In this document: one piece after another, positions 22,039-32,118 of the stretch | Numbering within the stretch: the first letter of the stretch is position 1 | Layout of the letters: each line of letters starts with the position of its first letter | From: a virus | Reading direction: 5' to 3' (one strand) | IMG/VR virus record: IMGVR_UViG_3300010885_044958 | Coordinates: 32,001 to 96,000 of that record | Length of the DNA: 64,000 nt | Program-made: the position numbers and the translations under genes | Notes under the pieces: model-generated | Databases searched by the model: none | The model's input: the letters and a program-made list of their open reading frames with translations, nothing else | What the model was told of the DNA's origin: nothing

Positions 22039-22863
22039 TTATTTTGGCATTTTAATTTTAAATTTTTCTATCCAATTCTTTGCAGATTCCAAGTCATTAT
22101 TATTTATTATTGCTTGAATATCATCTCCAAAGTTTTCTATTTCATATATGCGTCCTGCATTTACAAATTTTATTGCTTCTTCTGTTTGTTTAAAACACCA
22201 TTCTATTAGAGTCTTGGAGGATGCAAAATAGCCTGACAATACGCGATATTCTGCACCCCAAGGCTGTTGCCTCCAGTTACCAGCACAACCATATCCAGAT
22301 GTTCTCCTTTCATTTTCAGGCTCTAGAAACAGGCTAGGAATGCCTACAAATACATCCATAGCTTTCATTAATTCTATGTTTGTTTCTTTATTTGGAGATT
22401 CATAGCCAATATGCAAATGTGTCCCATTAACACGAAGACTATCACCATTTGGTACAGGATGTATTTCATCCATTGTCCAACAATTTAAGCTACTTTCGCA
22501 ACCGAAAGTATTTGCTGTTTCTGATTGTAATTGATCTTCATCTAATCTTGCACAGGCTGCAATTTCTATTTGTAAATTTTCTGGTAAAATACTATCTATA
22601 TATCTAAGAGCTTTCTGTACATTTAGATAAAATTGCCCGGCAGTTTTTGCAGGTTCAAGACCGAATTCTGCGCTGACACAATCTAAACTAGTAGCAAAGA
22701 ATTTACTACTCTCATCAAATTTGTGCGGATTTTTCTTTGTGCCCTTTATAATTCCTTCAGCAGTAACAACCTTATCTGAGATCTTATCTTTTAAAAAAAC
22801 CTCAATGTCTGAGCCTACTAACCAGTCAACAACCTTCTGTTTTTTTGCTTTTGCTATTGTCAT
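22039..22863 (-). CDS. phiEco32-like COOH-NH2 ligase type 2
   Basis: VGSDIEVFL, GTKKNP, SAEF, FGCE, LRVNGTHLHIGY, RRxxxYGxAG, GAEYRVLS. Confidence 0.85.
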   Translation of the reverse strand: MTIAKAKKQKVVDWLVGSDIEVFLKDKISDKVVTAEGIIKGTKKNPHKFDESSKFFATSLDCVSAEFGLEPAKTAGQFYLNVQKALRYIDSILPENLQIEIAACARLDEDQLQSETANTFGCESSLNCWTMDEIHPVPNGDSLRVNGTHLHIGYESPNKETNIELMKAMDVFVGIPSLFLEPENERRTSGYGCAGNWRQQPWGAEYRVLSGYFASSKTLIEWCFKQTEEAIKFVNAGRIYEIENFGDDIQAIINNNDLESAKNWIEKFKIKMPK

Positions 22864-24032
22864 TTTGCATTTTTTAAAAAATTATACAACCCTTCATAAT
22901 CTTTATTTGTTATAAATGTTTTGCATTTTGGTATATCATTAATTCTATCTGGTAGATATTCAAATGATTCCCACATCTTATGCTTTGTTCTTATGTTGTT
23001 TACTATTACTTTTGGATCTGCAAAACAATTTAAAAGTCCTTTTGTTTGATAACCCATATGTACCAAACCTCTTTCTGTTAGATAATTCGGACCTAAATGT
23101 GCCATCATTAATGCTTCCCAATTAGATACTTTATCTTCTAAAGCATCTTTTATTTGCATTGCTAAAGCTGGAATATACCAGTGATTATTATGGTGCAAAT
23201 ATCTGAGTAACATCAAATGCAAATGACAATGCCATTCGTCTGCGTGATTTTTTACTTTAATTTCGACAAATGTTGATTTGCCTCCTGGAAAAATAGTGTA
23301 ATTGCTTGAATTTAAAACAAAATCTCTATCTTTTTCTGCAGGTGTTAATAATTTCTCGTAACATTTTGGAATTGCGCATTCACCTTCTAAAATATACTTA
23401 AATTCTATTTGGCAATTCTCTAAAAACTGCAACCACTTATGCACATCATAAATAGAATAGCCATAATAATTTAAATAGTAAGTAGGTAAATAATAAACAA
23501 AATCCATTTTTGTCTTGATATAATCACAACAATCTGCTTTAAAGCCAATTTGACCTCTACAAGCTTCACTTGCTAAATCTTCTTTAATTTGTCCAGTTTT
23601 AAAATCTATTGTGCATTTAGCTGTATAAACATACAATGTAATTGCCGATAAATTATTTTTTAGAATTCGTATATTCTTATTACAATCTATCTGAGAATAA
23701 TTTCCAGTAGAAGGTTTTCTAAATAGTTCTTCTGTGTCTAAAATATGTTTAAATGCTTCTTTTTCATATGCTGCTGCAATTTCTTCATATTTTTTAAAAT
23801 CTTTTTCTGCAATTTCTTCTAGATCTGCTTGTTGAAAAATATATCTTTTTGTATTTCCTGCACTAAAATAATTTACATAAAGTTGCCAAGCATCAGGTCT
23901 TGTATAGCCTTTGCTTGCAGTTTCTGAAGAAATGACTCCATACACACTATGTTTTTGTAAATTTTGCATTTCATTATTCAAACTGGTATACTTGTGGGGA
24001 TTCTTTATTAATACTCTGCTTCCAATTTGCAT
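22860..24032 (-). CDS. hypothetical protein within the amidoligase cluster, with an N-terminal SH3/KOW-like segment
   Basis: 390 aa; overlaps both neighbours; His-rich C-terminal part. Confidence 0.6.
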   Translation of the reverse strand: MQIGSRVLIKNPHKYTSLNNEMQNLQKHSVYGVISSETASKGYTRPDAWQLYVNYFSAGNTKRYIFQQADLEEIAEKDFKKYEEIAAAYEKEAFKHILDTEELFRKPSTGNYSQIDCNKNIRILKNNLSAITLYVYTAKCTIDFKTGQIKEDLASEACRGQIGFKADCCDYIKTKMDFVYYLPTYYLNYYGYSIYDVHKWLQFLENCQIEFKYILEGECAIPKCYEKLLTPAEKDRDFVLNSSNYTIFPGGKSTFVEIKVKNHADEWHCHLHLMLLRYLHHNNHWYIPALAMQIKDALEDKVSNWEALMMAHLGPNYLTERGLVHMGYQTKGLLNCFADPKVIVNNIRTKHKMWESFEYLPDRINDIPKCKTFITNKDYEGLYNFLKNAK

Positions 24033-24457
24033 TTTGTGTCCAGTTTATGTGATTTTCTAATAAATTTTCTTTTACGATAATCGCCTGATTCAATTAGTTG
24101 TTCTTTAGCCCCAACAAAATCTGGTTGCCAAAATATAAATGCATTTCCAAATTCAGTTTCTATTAATTTTGCTTGGCCTCCACAAATATATTTTAAGAGA
24201 TTTTGCAAAACTGCATTTTGAGTAATTTTATATACTTCACAATGAATTGCAGAACTTCCCTTACCTAGTATACATGTATACCCTAAATTATACATTGTAA
24301 ATATAGGTTCTGTTAATATATTTCCTAGATATTCCGATTTATACTCAAGTAAAATTTTATTTTTAACTGATCCTTTTAATAAAGATCCCGAAACCAATAT
24401 TGTGATTTCGGGAGTAGTTTTATCTATCTTTAAATTTTTATTTAAATTTGTCTCCAT
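24008..24457 (-). CDS. gamma-glutamyl cyclotransferase (GGCT/AIG2-like), divergent
   Basis: LVSGSLLKG (cf. VYGSL), MYNLGY, IHCEVYKI, IESGDY. Confidence 0.65.
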   Translation of the reverse strand: METNLNKNLKIDKTTPEITILVSGSLLKGSVKNKILLEYKSEYLGNILTEPIFTMYNLGYTCILGKGSSAIHCEVYKITQNAVLQNLLKYICGGQAKLIETEFGNAFIFWQPDFVGAKEQLIESGDYRKRKFIRKSHKLDTKCKLEAEY

Positions 24458-25166
24458 TTATATATTGTTTTATTAAATTTATAATTAATTCTTCTGGCCA
24501 ATCAAGCTTTAAACTATTCCACCACCAGCAAACTATTCTACAATTATCTTGAGTATATCCTTTGCTATTATCAATTCTATCTATTGATGGAAGTAACGGA
24601 TTTGATTTGTATGCTTCTTTAGATGGAGATATTATTAAATCAAATCCTGTAGCTTCACATTTTAGTAAGGAAATTTGTGTAAGAAACCATTCTTTTGTTA
24701 AATTAAATTCAAGATTTCTTTTTTTAGCTGAATTTTTAGTAGAGCAAAATAGTTTATTTGCAAATCCGGTAAATGTTAAAAAATGCTCTTTTCTAGATCT
24801 TCTTTCGTGCATTTTTTCTGGATTGTTATGATAGTATTCTTTTGATTTATTTCGATGTGTTTCCATTACATCAGGCCTCTGACGGTATATTTGCATATAC
24901 TTATCTTCGCATTCAATGCATTTTGATCTATAGCCTATCTTAACTTTTGGATTTTTATAAAAACAATCTGTTGTTTTTGTTTCTTTACATAAATCACAAA
25001 CTTTATATCCGGTTTCAATTAATTTCATAGCTCTTCTGTACTTTCCAACAGCAGCATTTCTACACTTCTTACACTGGTTTATATAACCATCTTTAATACA
25101 TTTTGAACGAAAAAAGTGTGAGATATCTTTTTCTTCTTTACATACATGGCATATCTTTTTTTCCAT
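24438..25166 (-). CDS. HNH-type homing endonuclease with two zinc-finger repeats
   Basis: Tandem CxxC...CxxC repeats; PSIDRIDNSKGYTQDNCRIVC..N..K; own promoter at 25201-25233. Confidence 0.8.
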   Translation of the reverse strand: MEKKICHVCKEEKDISHFFRSKCIKDGYINQCKKCRNAAVGKYRRAMKLIETGYKVCDLCKETKTTDCFYKNPKVKIGYRSKCIECEDKYMQIYRQRPDVMETHRNKSKEYYHNNPEKMHERRSRKEHFLTFTGFANKLFCSTKNSAKKRNLEFNLTKEWFLTQISLLKCEATGFDLIISPSKEAYKSNPLLPSIDRIDNSKGYTQDNCRIVCWWWNSLKLDWPEELIINLIKQYINGDKFK

Positions 25167-25215
25167 AACATTCTATCGGGCATTCACTTTTAAGCCCTAA
25201 TAAAATATACAAAAT

Positions 25216-25290
25216 TTATTTTAATATACCAAACATAATATTACCTAGCATTGTGATAGGCATATTAAAATTTTGTTTTTGTGTTTGCAT
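25216..25290 (-). pseudogene. stranded former 5' end of the GGCT gene
   Basis: MQTQKQNFNMPITML resembles GGCT METN...PEITIL and is preceded by AAACAAACAC, as the GAT-II start is. Confidence 0.5.
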
Positions 25291-25399
25291 GTGTTTGTTT
25301 TATTAGTTATTTTTCATTTTCTAGAGTAATTGTTCCTTCAAATAATTCTAAATCTAACAGATTTATTGTGTTTAAATTTGCGCATTTTCTAAAATTTTT

Positions 25400-25618
25400 T
25401 TAATCTTTGGCAATATTACCATCTACTAATTCACTAAAACTAGGAGTTCCAATTTGTATTCTATTTTGCTTGTACCACAAGTTGTCGATATCCAAATGCT
25501 TTATTCTGAAGTTTTGGCGTGAAATAATTTTTAACTGCTCGGCAATTATTATATTTTTATCTTCTATTAATTGTTTCAGATCATTTATTGTTTGTTCTAA
25601 TATTTCTATATCTGTCAT
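25400..25618 (-). CDS. hypothetical coiled-coil protein
   Basis: ORF track; ATGA-coupled to the primase. Confidence 0.55.
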   Translation of the reverse strand: MTDIEILEQTINDLKQLIEDKNIIIAEQLKIISRQNFRIKHLDIDNLWYKQNRIQIGTPSFSELVDGNIAKD

Positions 25619-26643
25619 AAAAATCCTTTATTATGTAATTGATTTTCTAATTCTTCTCTACCAAAATGTGACGTAATATCATAGCTATCTTCCAAACTAT
25701 ATTTTTCATAGTCTGATTTTGCTGTATTAAAATATTCTAATCCATAAGTTTTAGTTAATTCAGTACAAACACCAACAGCATGTGGGTCAGATCCAAGGCA
25801 AACTATAATTCTCTTATATTTTGATTGCAAATCTTTTATAATTTTTTCTGGCAAAGCCGCAACTGATTCGTTTTGAAGCCAAATTTGATCTGAAAAGTAG
25901 CGCATACAAGTAAGCCAGTCTTTCTTAGATTTTTGTACAAACAATCTATCATCTTTTTGTGGTAATGTATCCAAATTTCCTGGGCAATTCAATGGTACAC
26001 TACTTAAGAATTTCATTTTCTTATCTTGTGGGCAATAAATTTTTACACGTTTTTGCCATTTACCATTTATTTCACAATTAACTACATATGCGTATCTATG
26101 AAAATTATTTGGATTAAATATTTGTTGATTGTTAATATATAATTCTTTTACATAAAATACATCTCCTGCATTATTTAATTCATCTATTGTTATTTCACCA
26201 CGCCTAAAAAACAATGAGTTTTTCTTAGACCATTGTTCTGCAGAAAATTGTATCACAGTCTGCTTAGAGATTTCTTTATCTAAACTTTCTAATTCTTTAT
26301 AAAAACTTGCTGGTATTTTAGATTGCCTTCCAATAATTCCAAAATCTTCTGCAACAATGCGCAAACAATTTGCAAAATCACATCCGCATTTCTTTTTTAC
26401 TACTTGCCAACAATTTAGAATTTCAGAAGTCCTAAAGTCTTTATATAGAAGAGTTCCATTAGTATGTATAAATACTCCTGCACTTGCTAATTCATCTTTT
26501 CTAAACGGACTATTAAATGCCTTACCTATTTTAAATCGACCTAAGTAGAACAACATTATCTGAGTTTGATCTATCTTAGATAGGATATACTCCGGAGTCA
26601 ATCTAATCGGACTTCGTACTTTTGAAAAATCTAATTCTTGCAT
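25615..26643 (-). CDS. DNA primase (crAss-like, degenerate zinc-binding domain plus TOPRIM)
   Basis: SPFRKD...LYKDF N-terminus; KSKKD, QNES and ED TOPRIM-like motifs; located in the replication module. Confidence 0.75.
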   Translation of the reverse strand: MQELDFSKVRSPIRLTPEYILSKIDQTQIMLFYLGRFKIGKAFNSPFRKDELASAGVFIHTNGTLLYKDFRTSEILNCWQVVKKKCGCDFANCLRIVAEDFGIIGRQSKIPASFYKELESLDKEISKQTVIQFSAEQWSKKNSLFFRRGEITIDELNNAGDVFYVKELYINNQQIFNPNNFHRYAYVVNCEINGKWQKRVKIYCPQDKKMKFLSSVPLNCPGNLDTLPQKDDRLFVQKSKKDWLTCMRYFSDQIWLQNESVAALPEKIIKDLQSKYKRIIVCLGSDPHAVGVCTELTKTYGLEYFNTAKSDYEKYSLEDSYDITSHFGREELENQLHNKGFL

Positions 26644-26754
26644 AGATTCTAATTTTTATTTTTTATTGCTCTACATATATCCCATAAAGCCATTACAATT
26701 AAGAATAGCCAAAAATTTGTTCAATACATCTTTGAATTTTTAAATATTTTACAA

Positions 26755-26786
26755 AAAATGGGCTGCAAAACTTAATCTGCAGCCCT
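26755..26786 (-). terminator. intrinsic terminator
   Basis: GGGCTGCA/TGCAGCCC stem with a T-run on the - strand. Confidence 0.65.
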
Positions 26787-26812
26787 TACATTATTTTAAC
26801 TTGAGATTAAAC

Positions 26813-26944
26813 TCAACACATCTTCCCACCTTTCTTAGCTGTAGGCATTACTTTTCCTTTCGGATTCAGATTTTTTGTAACACTTGGAGTTGGACTCTTT
26901 GAAGCTGTTACTTTTGGATTTGCAGTCTTTGTTGACTTTGCCAT
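26813..26944 (-). CDS. 43-aa Lys/Thr/Pro-rich basic peptide (below the ORF-track cutoff)
   Basis: Translated by hand: MAKSTKTANPKVTASKSPTPSVTKNLNPKGKVMPTAKKGGKMC; A-rich start context and a downstream terminator. Confidence 0.65.
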   Translation of the reverse strand: MAKSTKTANPKVTASKSPTPSVTKNLNPKGKVMPTAKKGGKMC

Positions 26945-26980
26945 AGTATTTAAATTTAAATTGGTTACTTGATTAAAAAA

Positions 26981-27088
26981 GCTTGCCGAGTTACCATAGT
27001 GCAGTACGGTTCTTCCTTAGTTTCTACAGATAATTTCTGGCTAGTATAATAGTCTACTACGCAGGACTGGCACATAGAAATAGCAAGG
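26981..27088 (-). ncRNA. candidate structured RNA, about 105 nt
   Basis: Nested pairings CTTGC/GCAAG, GTGC(C)AGT/ACTGCAC and CAGA/TCTG, ending in a T-run; non-coding spacer. Confidence 0.35.
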
Positions 27089-27124
27089 GTAATTTTACAT
27101 AACTTATTGATTATCAACGAGTTA

Positions 27125-27742
27125 TCAGAAAGGAAGATCATCGCTTGTATCTGGAACCTGTGATGCTGAAGCTGGCAACATTACATCATCTGTTTTATGA
27201 CTAGCATTAGGAGCGTTCTTTTGTATATTATTAATATAATTTGTAGAACCTACTTCAAATACTTGTTCTTCAAAACCTGATTTTTTTGCAAGGTCGGCAT
27301 CTATAATAAAATACAGATAAGGTAAGCAAGCCCACAATCTATTTTTATTATCTTCTTTTGCACCTACTACCATTGCCAATTTCTTAGAAGTTACACGAGA
27401 ATCATTTAGTAAAGTCTCATAATATTTTCCACATTCGGCAATTGACTTAAATGGCTTAGAACAATCCTTACCAGTTAATCCATGATGCAAAAACTGCAAC
27501 CTTTTCATTAGACCTTCTTTAGGGCTAACATAAAACTTCTCTATTACTCGACCTTTTTCACCTGCAAATGTTACTTCTAGATATGCAGTCTTTAGTGTTC
27601 CTGCTTGATTATTATCTGTTGGTTGTACAAATTTAGCTTCACTTACACTAAGCCAATAATGCCCAGGTGCCAAAAATTCCTGACGTTCTGGCACTACTAC
27701 CGATCCAAAATCCATTACTTCACTGTTCGTATTCACACTCAT
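27125..27742 (-). CDS. single-stranded DNA-binding protein
   Basis: PGxY OB-fold-like N-terminus, acidic DDLPF tail, between the AAA ATPase and the primase. Confidence 0.75.
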   Translation of the reverse strand: MSVNTNSEVMDFGSVVVPERQEFLAPGHYWLSVSEAKFVQPTDNNQAGTLKTAYLEVTFAGEKGRVIEKFYVSPKEGLMKRLQFLHHGLTGKDCSKPFKSIAECGKYYETLLNDSRVTSKKLAMVVGAKEDNKNRLWACLPYLYFIIDADLAKKSGFEEQVFEVGSTNYINNIQKNAPNASHKTDDVMLPASASQVPDTSDDLPF

Positions 27743-27942
27743 ATTATTTAGTTTTAATTGTTTATATTTTAAAATTAGTCCAACATACTACATTATCTAT
27801 CTTATTTTCAAAATTTGCAACACCACGCATTGCAGAAATAGACGAAAATCTTAAATTTGTTTTAGTCTGAAACTCTGTCAATAAATCAGACAATTTTTTA
27901 TCCAATTTATCTTTCTCTACTTTTAAATCCTTACTATCCATA

Positions 27943-28698
27943 CTACACAGCTTCTTTTTTAGCTTTTACTTTAATTGGTTCTTCTGATTTGCCTTCACAG
28001 TCTCCTGAATAGTAGCAAGCAATTGCTTTATTTACTAATTCAAGATCATTATCAATGTATTCATCTGGGAATAAATCAATTGGTGATTTCGCTGTTGATG
28101 ACATATCTCTAGTTTTAAACTTATAGACGATATTGTTATCTCCATCTTGCATTTTACAAGCTAAAAGTACAATTTCAAATTGTGCCTCAACAGAAGCTAA
28201 TTTTTCTTGTATCATTTTGCCAGAACTCATTGCTCTCTTTACTTTTTCCTCGATCACACCATCCCCGACACTATCGGCATGAAAAAGAAAATACACATTT
28301 AGGTCTTCTCTTAAAGTATTTGCAACTTCTGCTAAATGTAAAAAATCATGGGCAATGTCACTGTACTTATTGTAACCAGGTTCTTCCCTGCGCCGATCCA
28401 GCTCCTTTATTGAAAAAAATGTCGAATCGTCCAGGCATATAGTCCTAACATGTGGCATTTTATCACTAATATGTCTCAACCACTGACTCACAGCTTTGGC
28501 TGACGAGCTTATTATTAAATTACCTGTTGGATTTGATTCACGATTCCAGACAGTATAATTTATACGACTTTTTGGGAATGGAAGACCTTTCCCTAAACTT
28601 GAGAAAATCATAGTCGTCTTAGGATCTAGATTTCTCATACTTGTGCTTTTACCAACACCACTTTCTCCAATAATTAATATTCCTTTAGATGTATTCAT
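27943..28698 (-). CDS. AAA_24/Sak4-like ATPase
   Basis: GESGVGKSTS Walker A, ICLDD Walker B, FLFH, TAKSP. Confidence 0.85.
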   Translation of the reverse strand: MNTSKGILIIGESGVGKSTSMRNLDPKTTMIFSSLGKGLPFPKSRINYTVWNRESNPTGNLIISSSAKAVSQWLRHISDKMPHVRTICLDDSTFFSIKELDRRREEPGYNKYSDIAHDFLHLAEVANTLREDLNVYFLFHADSVGDGVIEEKVKRAMSSGKMIQEKLASVEAQFEIVLLACKMQDGDNNIVYKFKTRDMSSTAKSPIDLFPDEYIDNDLELVNKAIACYYSGDCEGKSEEPIKVKAKKEAV

Positions 28699-29212
28699 AT
28701 CTCTCTATTTCCTTTACACAAAGTTACAATCATTTCTATTCTCTACAAAATATTTTCTTCTATTTTCCTATATATTTCTTTAATTAATTTGGTCCTCTAA
28801 TTTGTATTTGCATAAATTTCTATTTTAATCATAAATATCATCATCTATTTCTCTGTCTCGTAATTCTGACCAACATGCGTCTTGTAAAAAATTTTCAGGA
28901 ATCGGCAATTTATCATCACGCATTGCATCTTCTTCTAGATCTTCCCAATCTAAATCTTCTGGTTCTGGATAGTTGTTTTTCATATTATTTGCGTTTTAAT
29001 TTTTACAAATTATCGTTTACATGACTTCCAAAACTTGTATTTTTTTTAGAAATTTTTAATGGTTTTGCAACAATACTAAACGTATCTGATAGATATTGTT
29101 CTTCTAATAAATCTCTAACAGTATTAAACATATTTTCTTCAGCTTCTTCTTTAGAATTTGCTTTAATAATATATTCTGTACTCATTTTTACTAACCAGTC
29201 TTTTTCCATATT

Positions 29213-30280
29213 CTAAAATATTGATTTTTGTGCTCCATACTTAGCTATCTTGTTTTTCTCTTCGGTTATAATCTGTAAATAAATCTTTTCTAAAGCTTCT
29301 TTATCATCTGCTTTTGGTAATTCCTGAAAAATTTCATGTCTACCATCAAAAAGCATTCCTAATCTAGGCGCAATTTCCTCTTCATTTGTTTTTAGATTTA
29401 TTAAAGATTTAAACCTACCTCTAAGAATATCTATATTATAGTCTCCTGAATGAGGATATTCTTTTATCTCGAACCTGTTAGGGTCAAAAAGTCCAAATAC
29501 ATGGTGCATTGATCTAGCTACAACTTTTGCATCTGCCACAGAACTAAGATTAGGTTCAATATTTATAAGACTTCCTTTACCTGCGTTTCTAAAAGTATTT
29601 TTTTCAGAATCTGCGTCTACTTGTAAAACAGTTATTGTTGTAATACCTACTTTACAAAATTTAAGTCGTATAATATCTCTACTTAATCTTTTTATTGCAG
29701 CCCATTCAGTTGCATCCTGCTCGTTCTGAGTGACGTTTGACTGATTATCAATTAGGACCACGATGTGGAAATCTTTGCCCAGCTCTTTATAAGTTTCTGC
29801 TACTTTTTTATAAATCTGGTCTGGGGAAGATAAATCGTTAGTTATTTCTACTATAGACTCTAAATGTTCGTAGAATTTTTCATCTTTCTTTAATGCGTCC
29901 AAAAATTTTTCAGGTAAAGGCAACTCCCTACTATTTAATACTTTAGGACTAATAGATAATTTATGACGTGTAAAAAGATAGTGGCTCATTATTTTTTTCA
30001 TAACTGGGATCTCTGGGTCTTCTAGGGCAAAATACAAAATTTTACAAGGATAATCATTCTCCATTATAAAATCTAACATATTATACATCCAATATCGCAT
30101 TAATCTTGACTTGCCCGAACCTGTCATACCCAAGAGTCCTATGTATTCTCCAGGATTAAAGCCATCAAAATAATTTGAATATCTAGGAAATCCACTTAGG
30201 GGTATTCCGTTAAACCCACCACTTTCTCGTATTGCCTTTTTCTTTAATAAATCTTCTAAGGTTTTATCATACCACCCCAA
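29213..30280 (-). CDS. DnaB-like (SF4) replicative helicase
   Basis: GMTGSGKS, YFALED, VLIDN, VLQ. Confidence 0.8.
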   Translation of the reverse strand: MGWYDKTLEDLLKKKAIRESGGFNGIPLSGFPRYSNYFDGFNPGEYIGLLGMTGSGKSRLMRYWMYNMLDFIMENDYPCKILYFALEDPEIPVMKKIMSHYLFTRHKLSISPKVLNSRELPLPEKFLDALKKDEKFYEHLESIVEITNDLSSPDQIYKKVAETYKELGKDFHIVVLIDNQSNVTQNEQDATEWAAIKRLSRDIIRLKFCKVGITTITVLQVDADSEKNTFRNAGKGSLINIEPNLSSVADAKVVARSMHHVFGLFDPNRFEIKEYPHSGDYNIDILRGRFKSLINLKTNEEEIAPRLGMLFDGRHEIFQELPKADDKEALEKIYLQIITEEKNKIAKYGAQKSIF

Positions 30281-30585
30281 CTCACACCTCCTTTTTAATC
30301 TTTTTTGTTAAATATTTTTTCTATTTCTAAAACACACATGGCTATAAAAAGTGCCAAAGATGCAATTATTATAATTACTATCATGCTTTCATTCGTTTTA
30401 ATATTTCTGTATCTGAATCATTGTAGATGTCTCTCAGATTATAATTTGCATTTTCTGAAAAATTTTTGTCTACAAATTCATTTATACCAAGATTTGTTAG
30501 AGCTTGTCCAAATTGGATGTTTTTGTTATTATGTAAATAATGTGCAATTGTAGCAATTATTTTTGTAGCTTCTTCTGTTATCATC

Positions 30586-31281
30586 TCAGGCAGTATTTAA
30601 AAAGCTTAAATCATAAGTTGTTTCTTCATTATTTTTACTTGATTCTATCCTAGCACACCAATTAGCTAATTCATATATTACTTCTTTGCCTTCTGCTTTA
30701 AAAATAAAATATTGGCAATGACGCATAAATTTAAGACTTTCATCTTTTTCAAGATTTTCCTTCACATATAATTTAGCTGCAGAAATTAAAATTTTCTGAT
30801 TTTTATATTCTGGAAAAACTTTGAAGAATCGTTCTAATCTTATTAAAGCTACCTTTGAATTGGCTCTATGGCTCTTAGGGAACACATTTACAAATTCTTC
30901 AGAAAACTGCTCCCACGATTTTTCTGTCTCTACTATTGGTACTACTAATTTTTCTAGACTAGGTTGCAAATCTTCTGCATGAATCTCGTCATCAAATGCA
31001 TTATATAAATCTTTGACAAATATTGCGCCCTGTTTAGAAATTTTATATAGATACTTTGAATCTCCATCTGGTTCCAAAAGATTTCTACGATACATTAAAC
31101 GATACAATATAAGCATCCTTTTGGCTCGGCTAGAATCGTCTGCATAATCCAGCAATTCTAACTTTTGCTCGGCTAATGCCAACATCACAAACATGACTGT
31201 ACCGCCAATATCCATATATATTTCATTCTTCCTCAGTAAGTCTATTATCTTCTGGTTATATTGAATATTTATAAACTTCAT
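30586..31281 (-). CDS. putative replication initiator/helicase-loader-like protein
   Basis: Position upstream of the helicase; wHTH-like N-terminus and an F..F...FP...AAKLYV...YFIFK C-terminal pattern. Confidence 0.45.
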   Translation of the reverse strand: MKFINIQYNQKIIDLLRKNEIYMDIGGTVMFVMLALAEQKLELLDYADDSSRAKRMLILYRLMYRRNLLEPDGDSKYLYKISKQGAIFVKDLYNAFDDEIHAEDLQPSLEKLVVPIVETEKSWEQFSEEFVNVFPKSHRANSKVALIRLERFFKVFPEYKNQKILISAAKLYVKENLEKDESLKFMRHCQYFIFKAEGKEVIYELANWCARIESSKNNEETTYDLSFLNTA

Positions 31282-32061
31282 TCTTTATTTGGTTTAAATT
31301 CTTTAAAATATAATTTTTCTTCTTCTATCGACCTATCTTTAGAAAAATCAATACCTAATAAGATATAAGGAATCCAATAAAAGCTAATCTGATCTTTTTC
31401 TTGTGTTTCTACTTTTAGATAGTGATTGTCTTTATCTAGTGGCAAATCTTCTTTTGCAATTTCTACAAAATTTTCTCGGCAAGATTCTCCAACATGATAC
31501 CAATGATCATTTAATTGATGATAGGGCATCCATCTATCTTTTGTATTAAACAATAAAAGAATTATACCAGATTTGTATTTTTCTATAAAATAACTTTCTA
31601 TGTGTTGCATTATTCTATAGATTGTTTTAGTTCTTCAATATATTCTTTACCTTTTTCATAAGTTACTTCGTTTAAATCTAAATCAAATGCGGCAGAAATG
31701 CATTTTGTTCCATAAATTTTCATAAGATAGCGCACATCTTCCAAGCTCAGGTCGAAATCTTCCAAACTAGTATTTTCTTCGTCTTCATAAAATATTTCCA
31801 CGTATTCCTGTATTACTTCTAGTGTATTTTGCATATTCTATTTTATTTTAGATTGTTTTTAAATTCTTCAAATGCATCATAATCATATAATGCAGATTCA
31901 TGTTCTGGACCTTCACCTATTGCATAAATCATACTAGGATCATCTAATATCTGATCTATTTGATACTTACAATATTCTATCATTGCTTTATGTACTTCTT
32001 CTTTAGTCATTATTGAGTAGCCATTCCAAAATGCATCTACTGTTTTAAATTTTTCTGCCAT
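31278..32061 (-). CDS. three small hypothetical proteins (31278-31610, 31610-31834, 31843-32061)
   Basis: ORF track. Confidence 0.5.
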
Positions 32062-32118
32062 AGTGTAAAATTACTAATTGTTAATCAATTTTACTTCTTT
32101 TAGTATATATATTTGTTT

